Part shown: in pieces, positions 43,276 to 60,284 of the stretch
Layout: each line of letters begins with the position of its first letter
How positions within the stretch are numbered: the stretch's first letter is position 1
Source of the DNA: Eledone cirrhosa
Lineage: Eukaryota
Reading direction: 5' to 3'
NCBI GenBank assembly: GCA_964016885.1
Contig: OZ024742.1
Coordinates: 183,706,001-183,770,000, forward strand
DNA length: 64,000 nt
Made by a program: the position numbers and the translations under genes
Notes under the pieces: generated by a model
The model's input: only the letters and a program-made list of their open reading frames with translations
Database searches by the model: none
Told to the model about the DNA's origin: nothing

Positions 43276-44012
43276 GATAGGCTCGTTAAAAATCATTTAA
43301 GTAATTAGCAAATGCATTTCTTTCTATTTAATGAGTCAATAATTTGTATATATATATACATTTATTTCTATTTTAAGAGAAAATAATTAGCAAATATAAA
43401 TGTTTCTATTTAATGAGTAAATAATAATTTTTATATTCAATTAAGCAACAACGGCAGGATTGGGTTTGTTTATAGATATTTTAATAAGAATGTTCTCTCC
43501 ACTGGGACTATGTAGCAAGGAGAATAAAATTTATCATCATCATCATCATCATTTTACGTCCACTTTCCATGTTAGTGTAGGTTAGACGGGTTGTCATGGT
43601 CCGTGACCAGATGGGTCGGTGCAACCTCCTCTTACTTATACGTTCCATATTTGGCATGGATTCTATGACACAATGCCCTTCCTAACGTTAACTATCTAAC
43701 AATGTGTATTGAGTGCATTTTGTTGTAGTACTACCGCTGTCACCTTATAAAATGTACTAGATACGTTTTTTTCTAAGCACTGACACTATTATTTTACATA
43801 ATGCACTGGGTTCGTTTTATTGTGGCACTACCACTAGCGATACTGACACACGTTCGCTCACGTTAAAGAGTTTTCTCAAATTCTATATTACCCCGTTCGA
43901 TCAGCAAAACTGTAGCATCCGGTTTTTCACCATGTTTACTTCTATTGGTGGGCAGGGTTTTTTTGTATCATTGTTTCCATTATTATTTTACGGCCCTTTA
44001 CGTTCTGAAGTG

Positions 44013-44130
44013 AAGGCGTGTGGCTGAGTGGTTAGAGCATTGGATTCGCAATCGTGAGGTTGTGAGTTCGATTCCTGGACCAGGCGATGCGTTATGTCCT
44101 TGAGTAAGACACTTTATTTCACGTTGCTCC
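44013..44130 (+). mobile_element. SINE family B 5' part (tRNA-like head) nested in a family A SINE
   Basis: GGCGTGTGGCTGAGTGG...GAGTTCGATTCC...GAGTAAGACACTTTATTTCACGTTGCTCC. TTACGTTCTGA occurs both before (~43998) and after (~44236). Confidence 0.7.
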
Positions 44131-44235
44131 TTCTACCTGGAGTTGCGACCGATAGATAGTATTAACAACTGGAAAGACCAACGGAAGCGTTGTTTCCTCG
44201 GTCCGATTTGACGAAAATCGATCGTTCCATATATA

Positions 44236-44400
44236 TTACGTTCTGAGTTCAAATCTCGCCGATTGTTAAGCTTTGCCTTTCCTCCTTACGGGATCGATAA
44301 AATAAAGTACCAGTAATGCCCTGCGGTCGACTTAATCGACTTTCCCCTTTCCCCAGAATTACAGGCCTTGTGCCTAAATCAGAAACCATTATTATTATTA
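44236..44400 (+). mobile_element. SINE family A long-tail variant
   Basis: Core, GTCGACTTAATCGAC and tail. Confidence 0.8.
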
Positions 44401-44979
44401 TTTATTATTCAAAACGACAACACGTGTTTTAATCTCGCTCAGAAGGTAGGTCAATATTTACAGGTTTTAAAACCGTTTGGGGGTTCTAAAAAAACTCAAT
44501 TTTATTTTTTGTGACTTAACGGAACCACCCTTTTTATAGGGGGTCGGCCGTTTTTATTCATTTCTGTCTTTTAGGGCTGACATTACAAAAACATTTGTTT
44601 TGACAAATTCCAAAAAAAAAAAAAAAATAATGAATAAAAATAACATGGCGTCAAAAGATTCCCCTTCCTCTTTTTCACTCTGTACTTCCTCGACGTCGTT
44701 AAAAAATACACGTGCTGACACTGTCGTCGTCACCAACACTCAACAAGCTAAAAGTGACGAGGCGTAAAGAGCGACAACAACAATAATAATAACAATAACA
44801 TCAACGAAACTAGTACTAATTCCACTACCATAACAATAATAACAAAAAAAACAAAAAACAAACAAAAAAACATTGATATAAATACTAGCAATACCATAAA
44901 CAACAAAAACAACACCAGTGACAACATGAATATCAACAACAACGACAGCAGTTACAAAAATAACAACAAATATGAAATA

Positions 44980-45600
44980 TGTTCTCGGATGTCGCAAACG
45001 CAAATAAAAGAGATATGTTTGTATTAAACACTGGAAAACAAAAAAATACTGAATGGACCCAAGCCAAAGAAATAGTTAAATTCGAAGATGGGAAAGCAAC
45101 AGTAACGGCGTCTCCCGAAATAGCATCAGAAAAGCTCAAAATAACGGGCTTCTACCGACATGGTGAGCTGAAGCAGCCCCAGTTACATAAGTAAAAAAGG
45201 CCTTGGAAAAGGTAATGGTCGATGTGTCCCTCATTCAAAGAACAAGACAGTTCGCCAATGTCGAGATCCTCTGTAAAAGCGAAGACCTTGCACGAAAACA
45301 TTCAGTGACCATTAGATTGAGGAAGGAGTTTATACTCTATCTAACCTATCTTTCAAGAAGGACTGACAGGCTTACAATACCAGGTACTCTGCTAAGTTTA
45401 AACATATGGTGTATCTAGGCCAGCGTTGTCCTTGGGGATCCGGACGCACTCCTCGAAGTTAAACGCAGCGAAAGAAAAATATTGGTCTGGAATAAACCTG
45501 GAGATTCTGTTTCAAGTGAAGCCAGACTAAATACAGCTAAGTTTTATTTATCGTGCTAGACTGTACCCGTCTTCGTCTTTATCTTGGACAGCATTCGAGG
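44980..45600 (+). pseudogene. Possible decayed LINE ORF1 (gag-like) fragment
   Basis: Two adjacent complex short ORFs (44979-45194, 45203-45418) follow an A/C-rich leader. No decisive motif. Confidence 0.25.
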
Positions 45601-46091
45601 GAACACCTGTATGCATGGAAGGTTGCTGGTTTTCCATAAAAGAAACTTTCCGATGCCTGTACTTTACAGAGGAAGTTTCCAGGTGCGCGTCCATGATCAA
45701 CCAAATTATACAGAAGCTCGAATTCTCACAAAAAAGTCATTTCATTGATATATACAAGATGTGTTTTCCATGATATTGTATATTACAATAACAAATGTAT
45801 ACACTATTATCATCCATATTCAATATGTACTAATGTTCTCCCCTGTGATAGAATCAATAATAGATTCGTTCTCTAATATTTACAAATGTATTCTAACACT
45901 TATACTACTGTTATTCTTCTAGATTTTGAAGTAACATAAATGCAGAAAATGTTAAAAACTTCCCTCTCGAAAATAAATGAGCGTGCGAGAGCAGTTATTT
46001 GCGAGTTCAGATTCTCAAGTACTTACAGATACTTTTGAATTTTCGAAGTATCGAATGGGTATGTACAATATCATTTATTATTTAATCAATT

Positions 46092-46290
46092 TAGAGCGTT
46101 GGACAACATGCTTAGCAGCATAGAGTTGCGGCCCTTTACGTTATGTGTTCAAATCCTGCCGGGGTTACTTTTGCTTTTCATCTTTTCGTGGTAGATAACA
46201 TAAAGGCCCAGTAATACACTGGGGTCAATTTAATCGACTTTCCCTTAGCCAAAAATATGTCAGCCTTGTGCCTAAATCAGAAACCATTAT
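46092..46290 (+). mobile_element. SINE family A, diverged long-tail copy
   Basis: Head, core and tail; flanked by the ATTATTTAATCAATTTA direct repeat. Confidence 0.8.
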
Positions 46291-47119
46291 TTAATCAATT
46301 TAAACGTCAGTGTAAAGTTCGTACGCCATGACAGACTGAGGAAGGTATTAATACCCTTATGAATAAGAAACAAGACAGCGAGAGAAAGAGAGAGATAGAT
46401 AGAGAGAGAGAAAGAGAGAGGGGGAGGGGGAGAAAAGTAAGAAAATGACATATATCGAATATATCGAACAGTTAAATGTTTTTGAATCTTTTCATGTTCT
46501 TCATGAATTAGAACACCATTTTTATGCTTGATAGATCTTTGACAATATATTGCCCCTCCAATCTTAGCTTTTTAACACAGGTTTTAAAATGTCCTCATAA
46601 GTATGTATGAGCTGGATTGTTTTCAAGTTCCTTTGATATGAAATCTTTGCGTTTATGTTTCTTAAACTAACTGACTTGTAGGAATGTTAAAAACATGAGT
46701 TTGTTCGCTATATCTTCCTACCTTGCTAATATTTTCCAGTGAGCTTAGTGAATACCGTCATATTATATTTATATGGAAAAAAGTGTTGTTGCTATTGTTT
46801 CTTTACTTCAACAAGTCTTAGACATTAACATATTTCACAGGATTACTGAGTATTTAGTTGATTTATGAGGCATTTAATTGTTTAGAAATAAAAGATGTAT
46901 TCATATTAAGAATTCCTTACATATTCAGAAATTAACCTGTTCAAAGATATTTCGTGACAAGGAGATTACACGGAGTTAAAATCAATCGTGAACCACTTCA
47001 ATTATATTAATCTTTCATTGAAATCTGAGATGGAAAATAAGGAAGATATAGAATGAGGTCAACTTTGTCTTTCATCCTTTCGAGGTTGATAAAATGTAAC
47101 AGTCTTGTACTAGGGTCAA

Positions 47120-47205
<86 letters not shown>

Positions 47206-47853
47206 ACTCTCTCTCTCTCGATCGGCTCCGCTAGCTTTGTCCAAGAGAACTGTATGGTACTACGGCACCCCTACGCCTCTGCCAGGAGTTATTGGTACAT
47301 ACATACACGATGGCTACCTCCTCGTTATCGAGTATGGCCATTGCACGATATTATTATTAATACTTATTAATTAATTCTATCGTGCAATGCCTGTGCGTGA
47401 ATATATTTTTTTAAGTGAGGAAAGACTGTGCACTAAGCCAATCCCACTCTCTGAGCGACAGTAGCTATAACCCGAAAAGAAGAAAAGATCAACATCATCG
47501 GTTACTACTGAGCCGCAGGTTTTATATCGGAGTTATCACAGTTTCCTGAGTTGCCTTCTCCTAGAAGAATGCCCTGACAAAGGCTAGGGGTCCTTCACTT
47601 CCAGTGGTTTAACCGTGCGATCGGGTGTCCAGCCCAACTATTTCTATGTCCCCGCGCATATACATACACATGCACACATGCATATACATATATACATATA
47701 CATACATATGTACATGTGTATATACATATTTACACATGTTTGGATAGTCGTTGACTCTTATAAGTTTTAAGATGATAGATTTATGCAAATATTATATAAT
47801 CAACTTGAAGTGAATGAGACAAAACATTTTCAAAAATGTAACGAAAGAAAAAC

Positions 47854-48113
<260 letters not shown>

Positions 48114-48117
<4 letters not shown>

Positions 48118-48160
48118 ATTTGGGGAGGGGCATACATACGCACACACACATACACACATA

Positions 48161-48208
<48 letters not shown>

Positions 48209-48235
48209 TATATATATATATATATATATATATGC

Positions 48236-48300
<65 letters not shown>

Positions 48301-48372
48301 CATACATATATAATATATATACATATATATGTGTGTATGTGTGTGTGCGTATGCATGCCCCTCCCCAAATAT
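48114..48372. repeat. Second (TA)n-centred inverted duplication
   Basis: TTATATTTGGGGAGGGGCAT.CATACGCACAC...(TA)n...GTGTGCGTATGCATGCCCCTCCCCAAATATAA. Confidence 0.85.
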
Positions 48373-48384
48373 AAACAATATATG

Positions 48385-48436
<52 letters not shown>

Positions 48437-48451
48437 CATAATATATATATA

Positions 48452-48486
<35 letters not shown>

Positions 48487-48510
48487 TATATATATATATA
48501 TTTATATATA

Positions 48511-48586
<76 letters not shown>

Positions 48587-48589
48587 TAT

Positions 48590-48625
<36 letters not shown>

Positions 48626-48948
48626 CGCTCATATATTCACTTAGCTTATGCTAACAGAATAACTATGAAGCTTGTTCCCTCCCTTCTACGGTTAGCTATC
48701 CTCTTTGTTGTTATCTTGTTTCACTCGCTTTACGCGTTTTAATTGTCCTAATAACTTAATTTAGTTATTATTGCACCGACGTGAGGTATATGATTTTTAA
48801 TGCAATGAAATATCTATGATCGTCGGCAAATCACTGATGAGGGACTTATTTTATTACATGTTTATCCATGTGCAACCAGCAGTATTCTTCTCCCCATTTT
48901 TTCATATATATATATATATTATATATATGCATAGATATCTATATATGC

Positions 48949-49014
<66 letters not shown>

Positions 49015-49018
<4 letters not shown>

Positions 49019-49964
49019 TTGCGAGGTTTTTGATATGAAATCGTGTGTCGAAACAAATATTGTTATACTTGGGGAGGGTCATATTTGTGTAATATTGCCA
49101 GAATTAATAACAGAACACACTCAGTGTTTGGTTGGTGTTCGATTTTCGCTACTGTGTCTTTTATATCGGTTAATTTAATTTATTCGGTCCTCAATGTTGC
49201 CATTTACTGACTAACGGTCAAAAATACAGATACAATATAGACACAAACACATATATATAGTTTATCAAAGTTCTTTCGTTGCACATCTGCAACATCGTCA
49301 GTGGTGCTATTGTTTCCTCCCGTTACATTGTATTTACTACGCCATCTTTATTTAGTCTGTTTATATATTTATTGATTTGTTTTGTTTTTTTGTCTTCCTT
49401 GCACATGCGTTTGCGTGTGTGTATAGTGTTTTGTTTGATGTGTGTTCGTGATTGGGTGACTGTGTATTGGTTAATGTATTCTATCTTTAGTAGTGTGTGT
49501 TTTTATGTGTTTGTTGTTATTGTGCTTGTGTATGTATTTATATATTTATCTATTTATTTATTTATTTATACTTGTCTTAGGTCAGTGTTGTTTGTTTGGG
49601 TGTTGTTGTTATTCCATTCATTTTTTTCTGTTTAGCCTTGGCCTTCTAAGTTCTATTTCACATAAGACTAAATAAAGATGGCATAGAAAATACAATGCAA
49701 CGAGAGGAAACAATAGCACCACTGACTATGTTGCAGATGTGCAATGAAAGAACTTTGATAAACTATATATATGTGTTTGTGTCTATATTGTATCTGTATT
49801 TTTGACCGTTGGTCAGTCAATGGCAACATTGAAGACCGAATAAATTAAATTAACCGATGTAAAAGACACAGAAGCGAAAAGCGAAAACCAACCAAACAGT
49901 GAGTGTGTTCCGTTATTAATTCTGGCAATATTACACAAATATAACCCTCCCCAAGTATACAATA
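49015..49964. mobile_element. TA-embedded element with ~300-bp inverted arms, T/G-rich spacer, one-sided tail and hammerhead-like cores
   Basis: Arms ~49058-49358 and ~49666-49964. Minus core CUGACGA-U-GUUGCA GAUG UGCAAC-GAAA at ~49274-49301; the plus copy has CTGACTA. Confidence 0.8.
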
Positions 49965-49980
49965 TATATATGTATGCATG

Positions 49981-50031
<51 letters not shown>

Positions 50032-50659
50032 GTATGTATAATTCATAATAAATGCAGACAGAATCCCTCTTTTAACTATCCGATGATAAATTTGTATGAG
50101 AAACCAAAAAATTATTTACAATACAAAAATTCCGTATAAATTTCCCTTCCAGAAAAACAGGTGATTAATTGCGTTTCTAATAGGTGGGATTTCGAAGGCG
50201 ACTAATTATTTGGACGTGTGTGTTAATAAAATATGAGCGAAACAAAAATATTTCTTTAACGCCACCATATTTTTTTCGTACAAGAATGTATTTTATGTAT
50301 GCGAGTGTAAGATTATACACGACCGGAAGCTGGCTTGGATATTAATGAGATATAATTTAATGGAATAAATTATTGAGTTATTTTCAACTTGTAGAATTGA
50401 ATTATTAGGATAATTAATATGACGCGCATAACAATTAATGTTTTGTGCGATCCCAATTATTAATGTTATTGTTATTATTAATAGTCAAGTATAAAATTTG
50501 TAGAAATTTCTAGAAAAAAACAAATTCTACAAATTTCATACTTCACGACCCAATAATAACCCGTGCATCAGAAGAGACGATGCAAACACAGATTACAACA
50601 CTAAGGTTTACAAAGAAATGAGAAGAAAAAACTGTGGGGGAGTTGTGACAGTATACAAT

Positions 50660-50811
50660 AATTATTTCTACTTTTTGCACAAGGCCATCATTTACCCAGT
50701 ACATTACTGGTACTTTATTTTATCGACCCCGTAAGGATGAAAGGCAAAGTTAACCTCGGCGGGATTTGAACTCAGACCGTAAAGGGACGTAACTATGCTG
50801 GAAAGCATGGC
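50660..50811 (-). mobile_element. SINE family A
   Basis: Reverse copy. Confidence 0.85.
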
Positions 50812-50844
50812 TAATATTAACATATGTAACAATGGAATGGAATT

Positions 50845-51085
50845 CTGTTGGTTTCGACGATGAGTGTTCCAGTCGTTCGATCAATGGAACAGCCTGCTCA
50901 TTAAATTAATGTGTAAATGACTGAACATTCCATAGACATGTGTACCCATAACGTATTTCTCAGGGAGTTTAGACATAATGGAGCATGTGTGTGTTACAAG
51001 GTGTTACTTTGAATTACAGGTACAGTCCTTCCGATGGGCTTCGAAACAGTTTCAGTCCACTTAAAGGTTCGAGTCTGTGTTGATG
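50845..51085 (-). mobile_element. SINE family B body
   Basis: GATCAATGGAACAGCCTGCTC...AGACATGTGTACCC...TTGAATTACAGGTAC is shared with 56520-56600 and 57165-57320. Confidence 0.65.
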
Positions 51086-51191
51086 ACAGATGTCCAGGCC
51101 TACCAGATTGGTAGAGCAAATATCAACATTGTATTGGCTCTATACCACATCTAACAAATCTAATAACGTTTAAACAATAAACCATTTATAG

Positions 51192-51415
51192 AATAATTGT
51201 TTCTACATTTGGCACAAGGCCAGCAATTTGAAAGAATTGCAAATTTGAGTAAATTGACTCCAGTACGTTACTGGTGTTTTATTTTATCGACCACGTAAGG
51301 AGGAAAGGCAAAGCTAACTCCCGACGGGATTTGAATTCAGAACATAAAGTGCTGTAACTATATGCTGCAATGCATGTTGTCCGACGCTCTACGAATTTTG
51401 CCAGTCCGCCACCCA
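51192..51415 (-). mobile_element. SINE family A, diverged
   Basis: Full reverse copy. Confidence 0.75.
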
Positions 51416-51889
51416 AAATTATATAATAATTAATACCATTTGCTTAACTTACGACGATTTGAGGGAAATTGAAATTTGAAAATATGTTGTTTGTTTGTTT
51501 GTTTGTTTTTTGGAATTGACAACCCACCACTAATAAATAATATTTGATAAACGTTTTCCATATTTTTTTTTTTTATAATGAATATATAGCTTTTTATTTG
51601 GCTGTCGCACGAACGCTACGAGTTTTCAAAGACTTTCTCTGCCAAAGGTGTTGTCTACCTGTCTCTAACTCTAAATCTATGTATATACATACACCCCCAC
51701 ACACACACATTCACATTTCTATATATAATCGCAGATATAAGAAATTAAATATCCATCTCATTAATATTTTCATATGCCTAAAACTTACGATTTTCTTAAG
51801 AACATTATTTTATTCGTATAATTTTATAAAATATACTTTAAACTGAGATATCGTATGTGATTTGTTGGTTCTTAAGTAGAATATGTTGC

Positions 51890-52131
51890 AGGGTAATTGC
51901 TGGCCTTGTGCCAAAAGTAGAAACAATTATTTCTAATAACAATTAGGGCGGTGGAGGGCAGTATCGGTAGGGGGTCGGACGCCATGCTTTCCAGCATAGT
52001 TACGTCCCTTTACGTTCTGAGTTCAAATCCCGCCGAGGTTGACTTTGCCTTTCATCCTTACGGGGTCGATAAAATAAAGTACCAGAAATGTACTGGGTAT
52101 GTGCTGGCCTTGTGCCAAAAGTAGAAACAAC
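51890..52131 (+). mobile_element. SINE family A tail followed by a full copy with TSD
   Basis: Full copy 51946-52131; TATTTCTAATAACAAT at 51928-51943 and 52132-52147. Confidence 0.85.
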
Positions 52132-52196
52132 TATTTCTAATAACAATAATTATTTCTGGTTTCCTATTATTGCCGACAGTAGAATTATTTAAGTTC

Positions 52197-52287
52197 ATAC
52201 ATATATCAACATTATATATATATATATATATATACATATATCAACATTATATATATATATATATATATATACATATATCAACATTAT

Positions 52288-52335
<48 letters not shown>

Positions 52336-52356
52336 TATATATATACATATATCAAC

Positions 52357-52414
<58 letters not shown>

Positions 52415-52417
52415 TAC

Positions 52418-52448
<31 letters not shown>

Positions 52449-52714
52449 CATATATAAATATACACATATATATATATATATATACATATATAAATATACA
52501 TATATATATATACATATATATATATATACATATATATATACATATATATATATACATATATATACATATATATATACATATATATAAATATACATATATA
52601 TATATACATATATATATATATACATATATATATATACATACATATATATACATATATATATACATATATATATATATACATATATATACATATATATATA
52701 CATATATATACATA

Positions 52715-52753
<39 letters not shown>

Positions 52754-52765
52754 TATACATATATA

Positions 52766-52859
<94 letters not shown>

Positions 52860-52860
52860 C

Positions 52861-52905
<45 letters not shown>

Positions 52906-52923
52906 CATATATATATATACTAC

Positions 52924-53004
<81 letters not shown>

Positions 53005-53019
53005 CATATATATATATAC

Positions 53020-53064
<45 letters not shown>

Positions 53065-53073
53065 CATATATAT
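52197..53073. repeat. Interrupted (TA)n array, starting with four CATATATCAACATTATATA units
   Basis: Direct reading. Confidence 0.9.
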
Positions 53074-55507
<2,434 letters not shown>

Positions 55508-55656
55508 GTGTGTGTGTGCACAGGAGAAAAACAATGGAAAAAACAACGGAAAGACGGACAGTCCCAGCTCCTCAGTCAACCTCTGGAAATCATTGCGGTT
55601 TCGGTAATAAAGAAGAATGTTTCGTTAAAGAAAATATAACTGGTCTAAAGAGGGGA

Positions 55657-55734
55657 GAAGAAGAAGAAGAAGAAGAAGAAGAAGAAGAAGAAGAAGAAGA
55701 AGAAGAAGAAGAAGAAGAAGAAGAAGAAGAAGAA
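55657..55734. repeat. (GAA)n microsatellite
   Basis: Direct reading. Confidence 0.95.
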
Positions 55735-57509
55735 AAAAATATATTATTTAAAAGAATGGAAACTTATATATCTAAAGTGTTAGTGTTAAGGTTAAGGTTA
55801 GGCATAGGTTTGGAGTATCCTTCAGTGGCTTTTTCCCCAGTAATTTGTATCCTGGATTCGTAATTTACTGAAGATTCGTCTACTATATCTAGCAAGTCAA
55901 GTAAGCATGTAGATGCACCATCATTGGCTTTTAACCAGGAATGTATTCACTTTCTGTATTGAGCGAACATCAAATCTATCAATTCGGTCCATTCGTTTAT
56001 TCATCTCACAACATGTTTTCAATAACATGGCTATAACCGATAAATTCCCTAAGGAATGACTCAACTGAGATTTGAATAACGCTCCAAATGGACAGTAGGA
56101 GCGTTTCCCGTCTATATTAATTCATCCCACTAATGTGATTAGTTAATACATTCATAGCATATATAATTGGCGATATTGTGAGAATACCTATTGCCTAAAT
56201 AACTACAAAAATCCTAAGAGTCAATGCGTTTGGCAAATTACCAACTGCCTTAAATTACAGAATTAATTTAGTAAAAATGACTGAAACACATTGTCGAGAT
56301 AACAGTGAAAATAAATGAATTGAATTTGAAAGTCACAGGAGACCAGTAGAGATTATAAAGAAATTGATTTACTGAAGTGGGTAGCGTTGTTGTTAAGTCC
56401 CAGGTCAGCATTGATCAAGCAGAGGCCACCGTGAGTCAAGCAAACCTATGATCAAAGGAGTCCAAATACTGAACACTTTGTCTTGTTTATGGACCTCCAT
56501 CGACTTCGACAATGAGTTTTCCAGCTATTCAATCATCGAAGCAGCTTGTTCATGAAATGAACGTGCAAGTGGCTGAGCATTCCACAGACATGTATATCTC
56601 TCACCTAATTCTCGGACTGTAAAACAATTTCCGTCTACTCGACGCTATGGTAAATGTCACTTTCCTCAGATGTCACACAGTAGATTCAAACCCAAGACCT
56701 AATGGTTGTGAAGTAAATCTCGTAACCATTCAGCCATACTGTGTCCACATTCTGCATTTTATTACTCTTGCAACTACATTTGTATAGTATATCCTTCCAT
56801 ATTTTTAGCGATAGGGAAGGAATTGAGGAAACATTAACTGGTATTTCTTACAGGTCGAGCAATCATATAGGTGCTTCCATGTTGACTCGAAGTTCATGAA
56901 GTGTTGGTAGATTTGTGTTTAATACCAAAGAGAAAGAATTACAAACCGATTTTAAATCACAATCTTATCTACAATCTGCATGCATACACTTCTAACATAT
57001 TTTTCCAGCGTCACCATTATAAATGCGGTCATGGGAGTGGGCTGGAAGTTTCAGTCCTGTTGTTTGTTACCATAGGCTAATGCCTTCTTATACTATAGGC
57101 TCAAGTTGACCAAATCCATACGAGTGACATTAGGTAGACAGAAACTGTTTCGAGGCCCGTCAGATAGACTGTACCTGTAATTCAAAGAACCAGCCATGTA
57201 ACACACTGTGTTACCTTTAATCTCCCCGAGAATTACGTTAAGAAGTACATGTATCGGCTGAATGCTCAAGCGCTTGCATATTAACTTCCTAAGCAGCCTG
57301 TTACGTTGATCAAATAACTGGATAATAATTCATCGTCGAAATTGACGGAGACGTTAATTTCAAAGAGTGATTCGAATGAATTATATCAAGTTAAAAGATG
57401 AGCTAATGGTGACGGGGAAAACCAACTGCTATAAACGCATTTGCTCCTAATCCGTGAATATACCAGTTCTTGACAGGTTTTATTTAATATTATATCTAAT
57501 CTCTAGATG

Positions 57510-58003
57510 TGTAGTGGATTGGCAGAATCGGTAGGGCGTCGGATAAAGTGCCATTGCAATATTTGACATCCACCGATCTCAACTTTGCCTTTCATCTTTT
57601 CAAGGTCGATAAAAAAAGGGCCAGTCAAGAATTGGAGTTGATCTAATACAGGGGCGTGTAACAGGCGGCCCGTGGGCCACAATTCGGCCCTCCAGACCAA
57701 TCAGAGTGGCCCGCGATCGATGACAGTTTTAAATTTTTATCTTGTAGGCTTATTCAGAATTTGTTTCGTAACAGTATTACAATTTTCTGTTAGTTGACCT
57801 ATACTAAAGGGCTTCACTGATAGGGTTATATGTGTTATAATTTCCCAGTTCCATGTTATGGAAAGAAGTTGTAGTGAATCTTTGGAATAGTGCTTTATAA
57901 ATAATAAAGGCTCTAATAATTGTTCCAATGTTCAAAAGTGGCCGGCCAATGGAATATGTTGCACTCCCCTGATCCAATCAAATTTGCTGGTCTTGTGCCT
58001 ATA
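57510..58003 (+). mobile_element. Old family A SINE split by a hAT MITE
   Basis: Head and core at 57510-57648; tail AAATTTGCTGGTCTTGTGCCT resumes after 57979. Confidence 0.7.
57649..57971. mobile_element. hAT-type MITE
   Basis: TIR CAGGGGCGTGTAACA / TGTTGCACTCCCCTG. Imperfect 8-bp TSD ATCTAATA/ATCCAATC. Subterminal GGCCC motifs. Confidence 0.75.
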
Positions 58004-58424
58004 TTACAAATCAATGTCATTCTTCGTCTCTAGAAGGTTTATAGAGTCCCAGGCGTAATGGAGAAATGTTAGAGCATTGAATAAAATACCATTGCGGTAT
58101 TTGTTCTGGCTCTTTACAATATGATATAATGGTGAAGATTTGCAACTTATTGAAAATCCCATTTCCCCGAAGATGAAATCAACGATTGGCACTACATAAT
58201 TTAGAAATTATTTTAAACATGAAATATTCATGAAAATTAGCTGTAGAAAATTGATTACTGTATTATTATGTATCAACTCGTAACTCGCGATTTCTACGTA
58301 GGAGCTCTGTCTTGGTCATTTTAGGCTTGGTGGAGCTCATTCCTCTCTCTCTAGGTCTGAACAGCCGATTTCTTCCAGAAAAAGAGAGTGTGGGAGAGGA
58401 AGTGAGAAAGAGATATAAAGAAAG

Positions 58425-58583
58425 AGTCGACCCCGGTACTAGACTGGTAGATTCTTATTGACCTAGAAAATTTCAAAGGCAATGTTGGCCTCGGTGGGTT
58501 TTGAATTCAGAACGCAGTGAGCCGGAACAAATACTGCAAAGCATTCTATCTGACGTTCTGAAGACTCTTCCTCTTTGTCGCCT
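58425..58583 (-). mobile_element. Highly diverged family A SINE
   Basis: AAAGGCAATGTTGGCCTCGGTGGGTTTTGAATTCAGAAC. Confidence 0.6.
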
Positions 58584-58967
58584 GTTTATCTTATAATGGA
58601 TTTCTGAAAATGTTCTCATTGAATTCGTAAATTTATTAGTTATCTGTCAATTCTAGGAACATTTTAAAATACAAAAGGAAAGTAATATTCTTACATCTAA
58701 CATAGTTACTATCACATTTTTTAAAAGTCGGGTTCAAACATATTATTTAATTATAATTCGTTATAAAGAGAGGTATGCTATAAAATGACTAATAAAAATT
58801 GGGTGAAAACCCTTAAAGACGGGAAAAAAGCTGCCATCGATTGCTCCGAGGAATTGAATCCTGTATCTCCTATTACAATTTATGTTAGATAAACAATGTT
58901 TACAAAACCAACTTGAAACAACAACACAAGATAAAAACATTTTAAACTGCAAGTATTGATTTTAAGT

Positions 58968-59249
58968 AATTTTACAAATAAAAAGAAAAGAAATTATGTA
59001 GACACTATAGTCGAGAAAACTCGAGTAGCACGAATAGATTAAGGTGGTTTGGGCATGTCAGGATGAGTGAAAACAACCCTGTCAAGCACGCAAGGAAAAT
59101 GGAGATGAATGGCAGAAGTCGTTGGAACGATAACATAAAGGATCTATCAAGAAAGGAGGATGTTTTAGAAATGATAGCTAGAGAGAATGTATCAATTTAC
59201 AAATACCGTGAGCCAGCAATGTTGCTCGAAAAAGGTGATATTCATGATG
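58968..59249 (+). mobile_element. 5'-truncated RTE-type LINE 3' end with 17-bp TSD
   Basis: RLRWFGHV-RM motif; AAGTATTGATTTTAAGT at 58951-58967 and 59250-59266. Confidence 0.75.
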
Positions 59250-59596
59250 AAGTATTGATTTTAAGTCTGCTACCATGATTGATATTACAATATTTATGTT
59301 TCAAACAATTTACAGAATAAACAAAGTTGGTTGAAGTTTCATCATACATGGAAGTTAGTCACGGTATAATAATATCTAATAACATTACTGGTACTTTATT
59401 TTATCGACCCCGTAAGGATGAAAGGCAAAATAATAATATTTATAGCTTAACAACATTTGGCTGTTATTATACTATAATAAAATCTGTCTCTCTGTCTCTC
59501 TCTCTCTCTCTCTCTAATATATCCATATATATATATGTGTGTGTGTGTATGTGTGTGTGTGTGTATTTGAGAGTGGTTACCTTTGTTTATTCTTTT

Positions 59597-59629
<33 letters not shown>

Positions 59630-59797
59630 TACATTCACATACATACGCATATAAATAGACATACATACCTACATGCATATAGATATACATACGTATATAT
59701 ATATATTCATATATTATAGATACTCTACAATATCTACTTCCTCACTTCTTTAACAGTAGTCTCTATATTCGTTTGAGACTTTAACCAATTTGTATTA

Positions 59798-59940
59798 TGG
59801 CGGCGTAGCGACGAATTTGCAGAGTCGTTACGACATCGAATTAAAAATGCTTCGGTATTTGTATCGGTTAACTACGCTCTATGTTTAAATCCGCCGAAGT
59901 AAACTTTGCCTTTCATCCTTTTGAAGTCAATAAATAAAAT
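59798..59940 (+). mobile_element. Diverged family A SINE
   Basis: AACTTTGCCTTTCATCCTTTTGAAGTCAATAAA core. Confidence 0.6.
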
Positions 59941-60243
59941 AGCACTAGCAGGGAGAGTCTTGCTAAACAAATTTATTCTTTCACCACTGAGTCTCAATTC
60001 TATTAGAGCTGTTGTATATTTCGTGTAGAACGCCGATCACTCCTGGAAAACGGATGGTAAGAATGTGTGTGTGTGTGGTGTGTGGTGTGTGTGTGGTGTG
60101 CTGTGTGTGTGTGTGTGTAGCGGCTATGCCGAAAAATATTTCCTGTAAAAAGTCTTTATGAAAAAGGAATGTGCGCACACGCGTATGTGTACGTGTGTGT
60201 ATGGATGTATGAGTGAATGTGAGTGTATGCAATAGTGAGGGAA

Positions 60244-60284
<41 letters not shown>

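Noticed and set aside
44013-44085. tRNA gene
   Set aside because: A and B boxes are present but the acceptor stem is poor and the sequence continues into a SINE body, so it is a SINE head.
48834-48900. CTGATGA as a hammerhead
   Set aside because: No downstream GAAA or stems; at most a remnant.
50079-50112. CCGATGA...GAAACC as a hammerhead
   Set aside because: No convincing stem I, II or III pairing.
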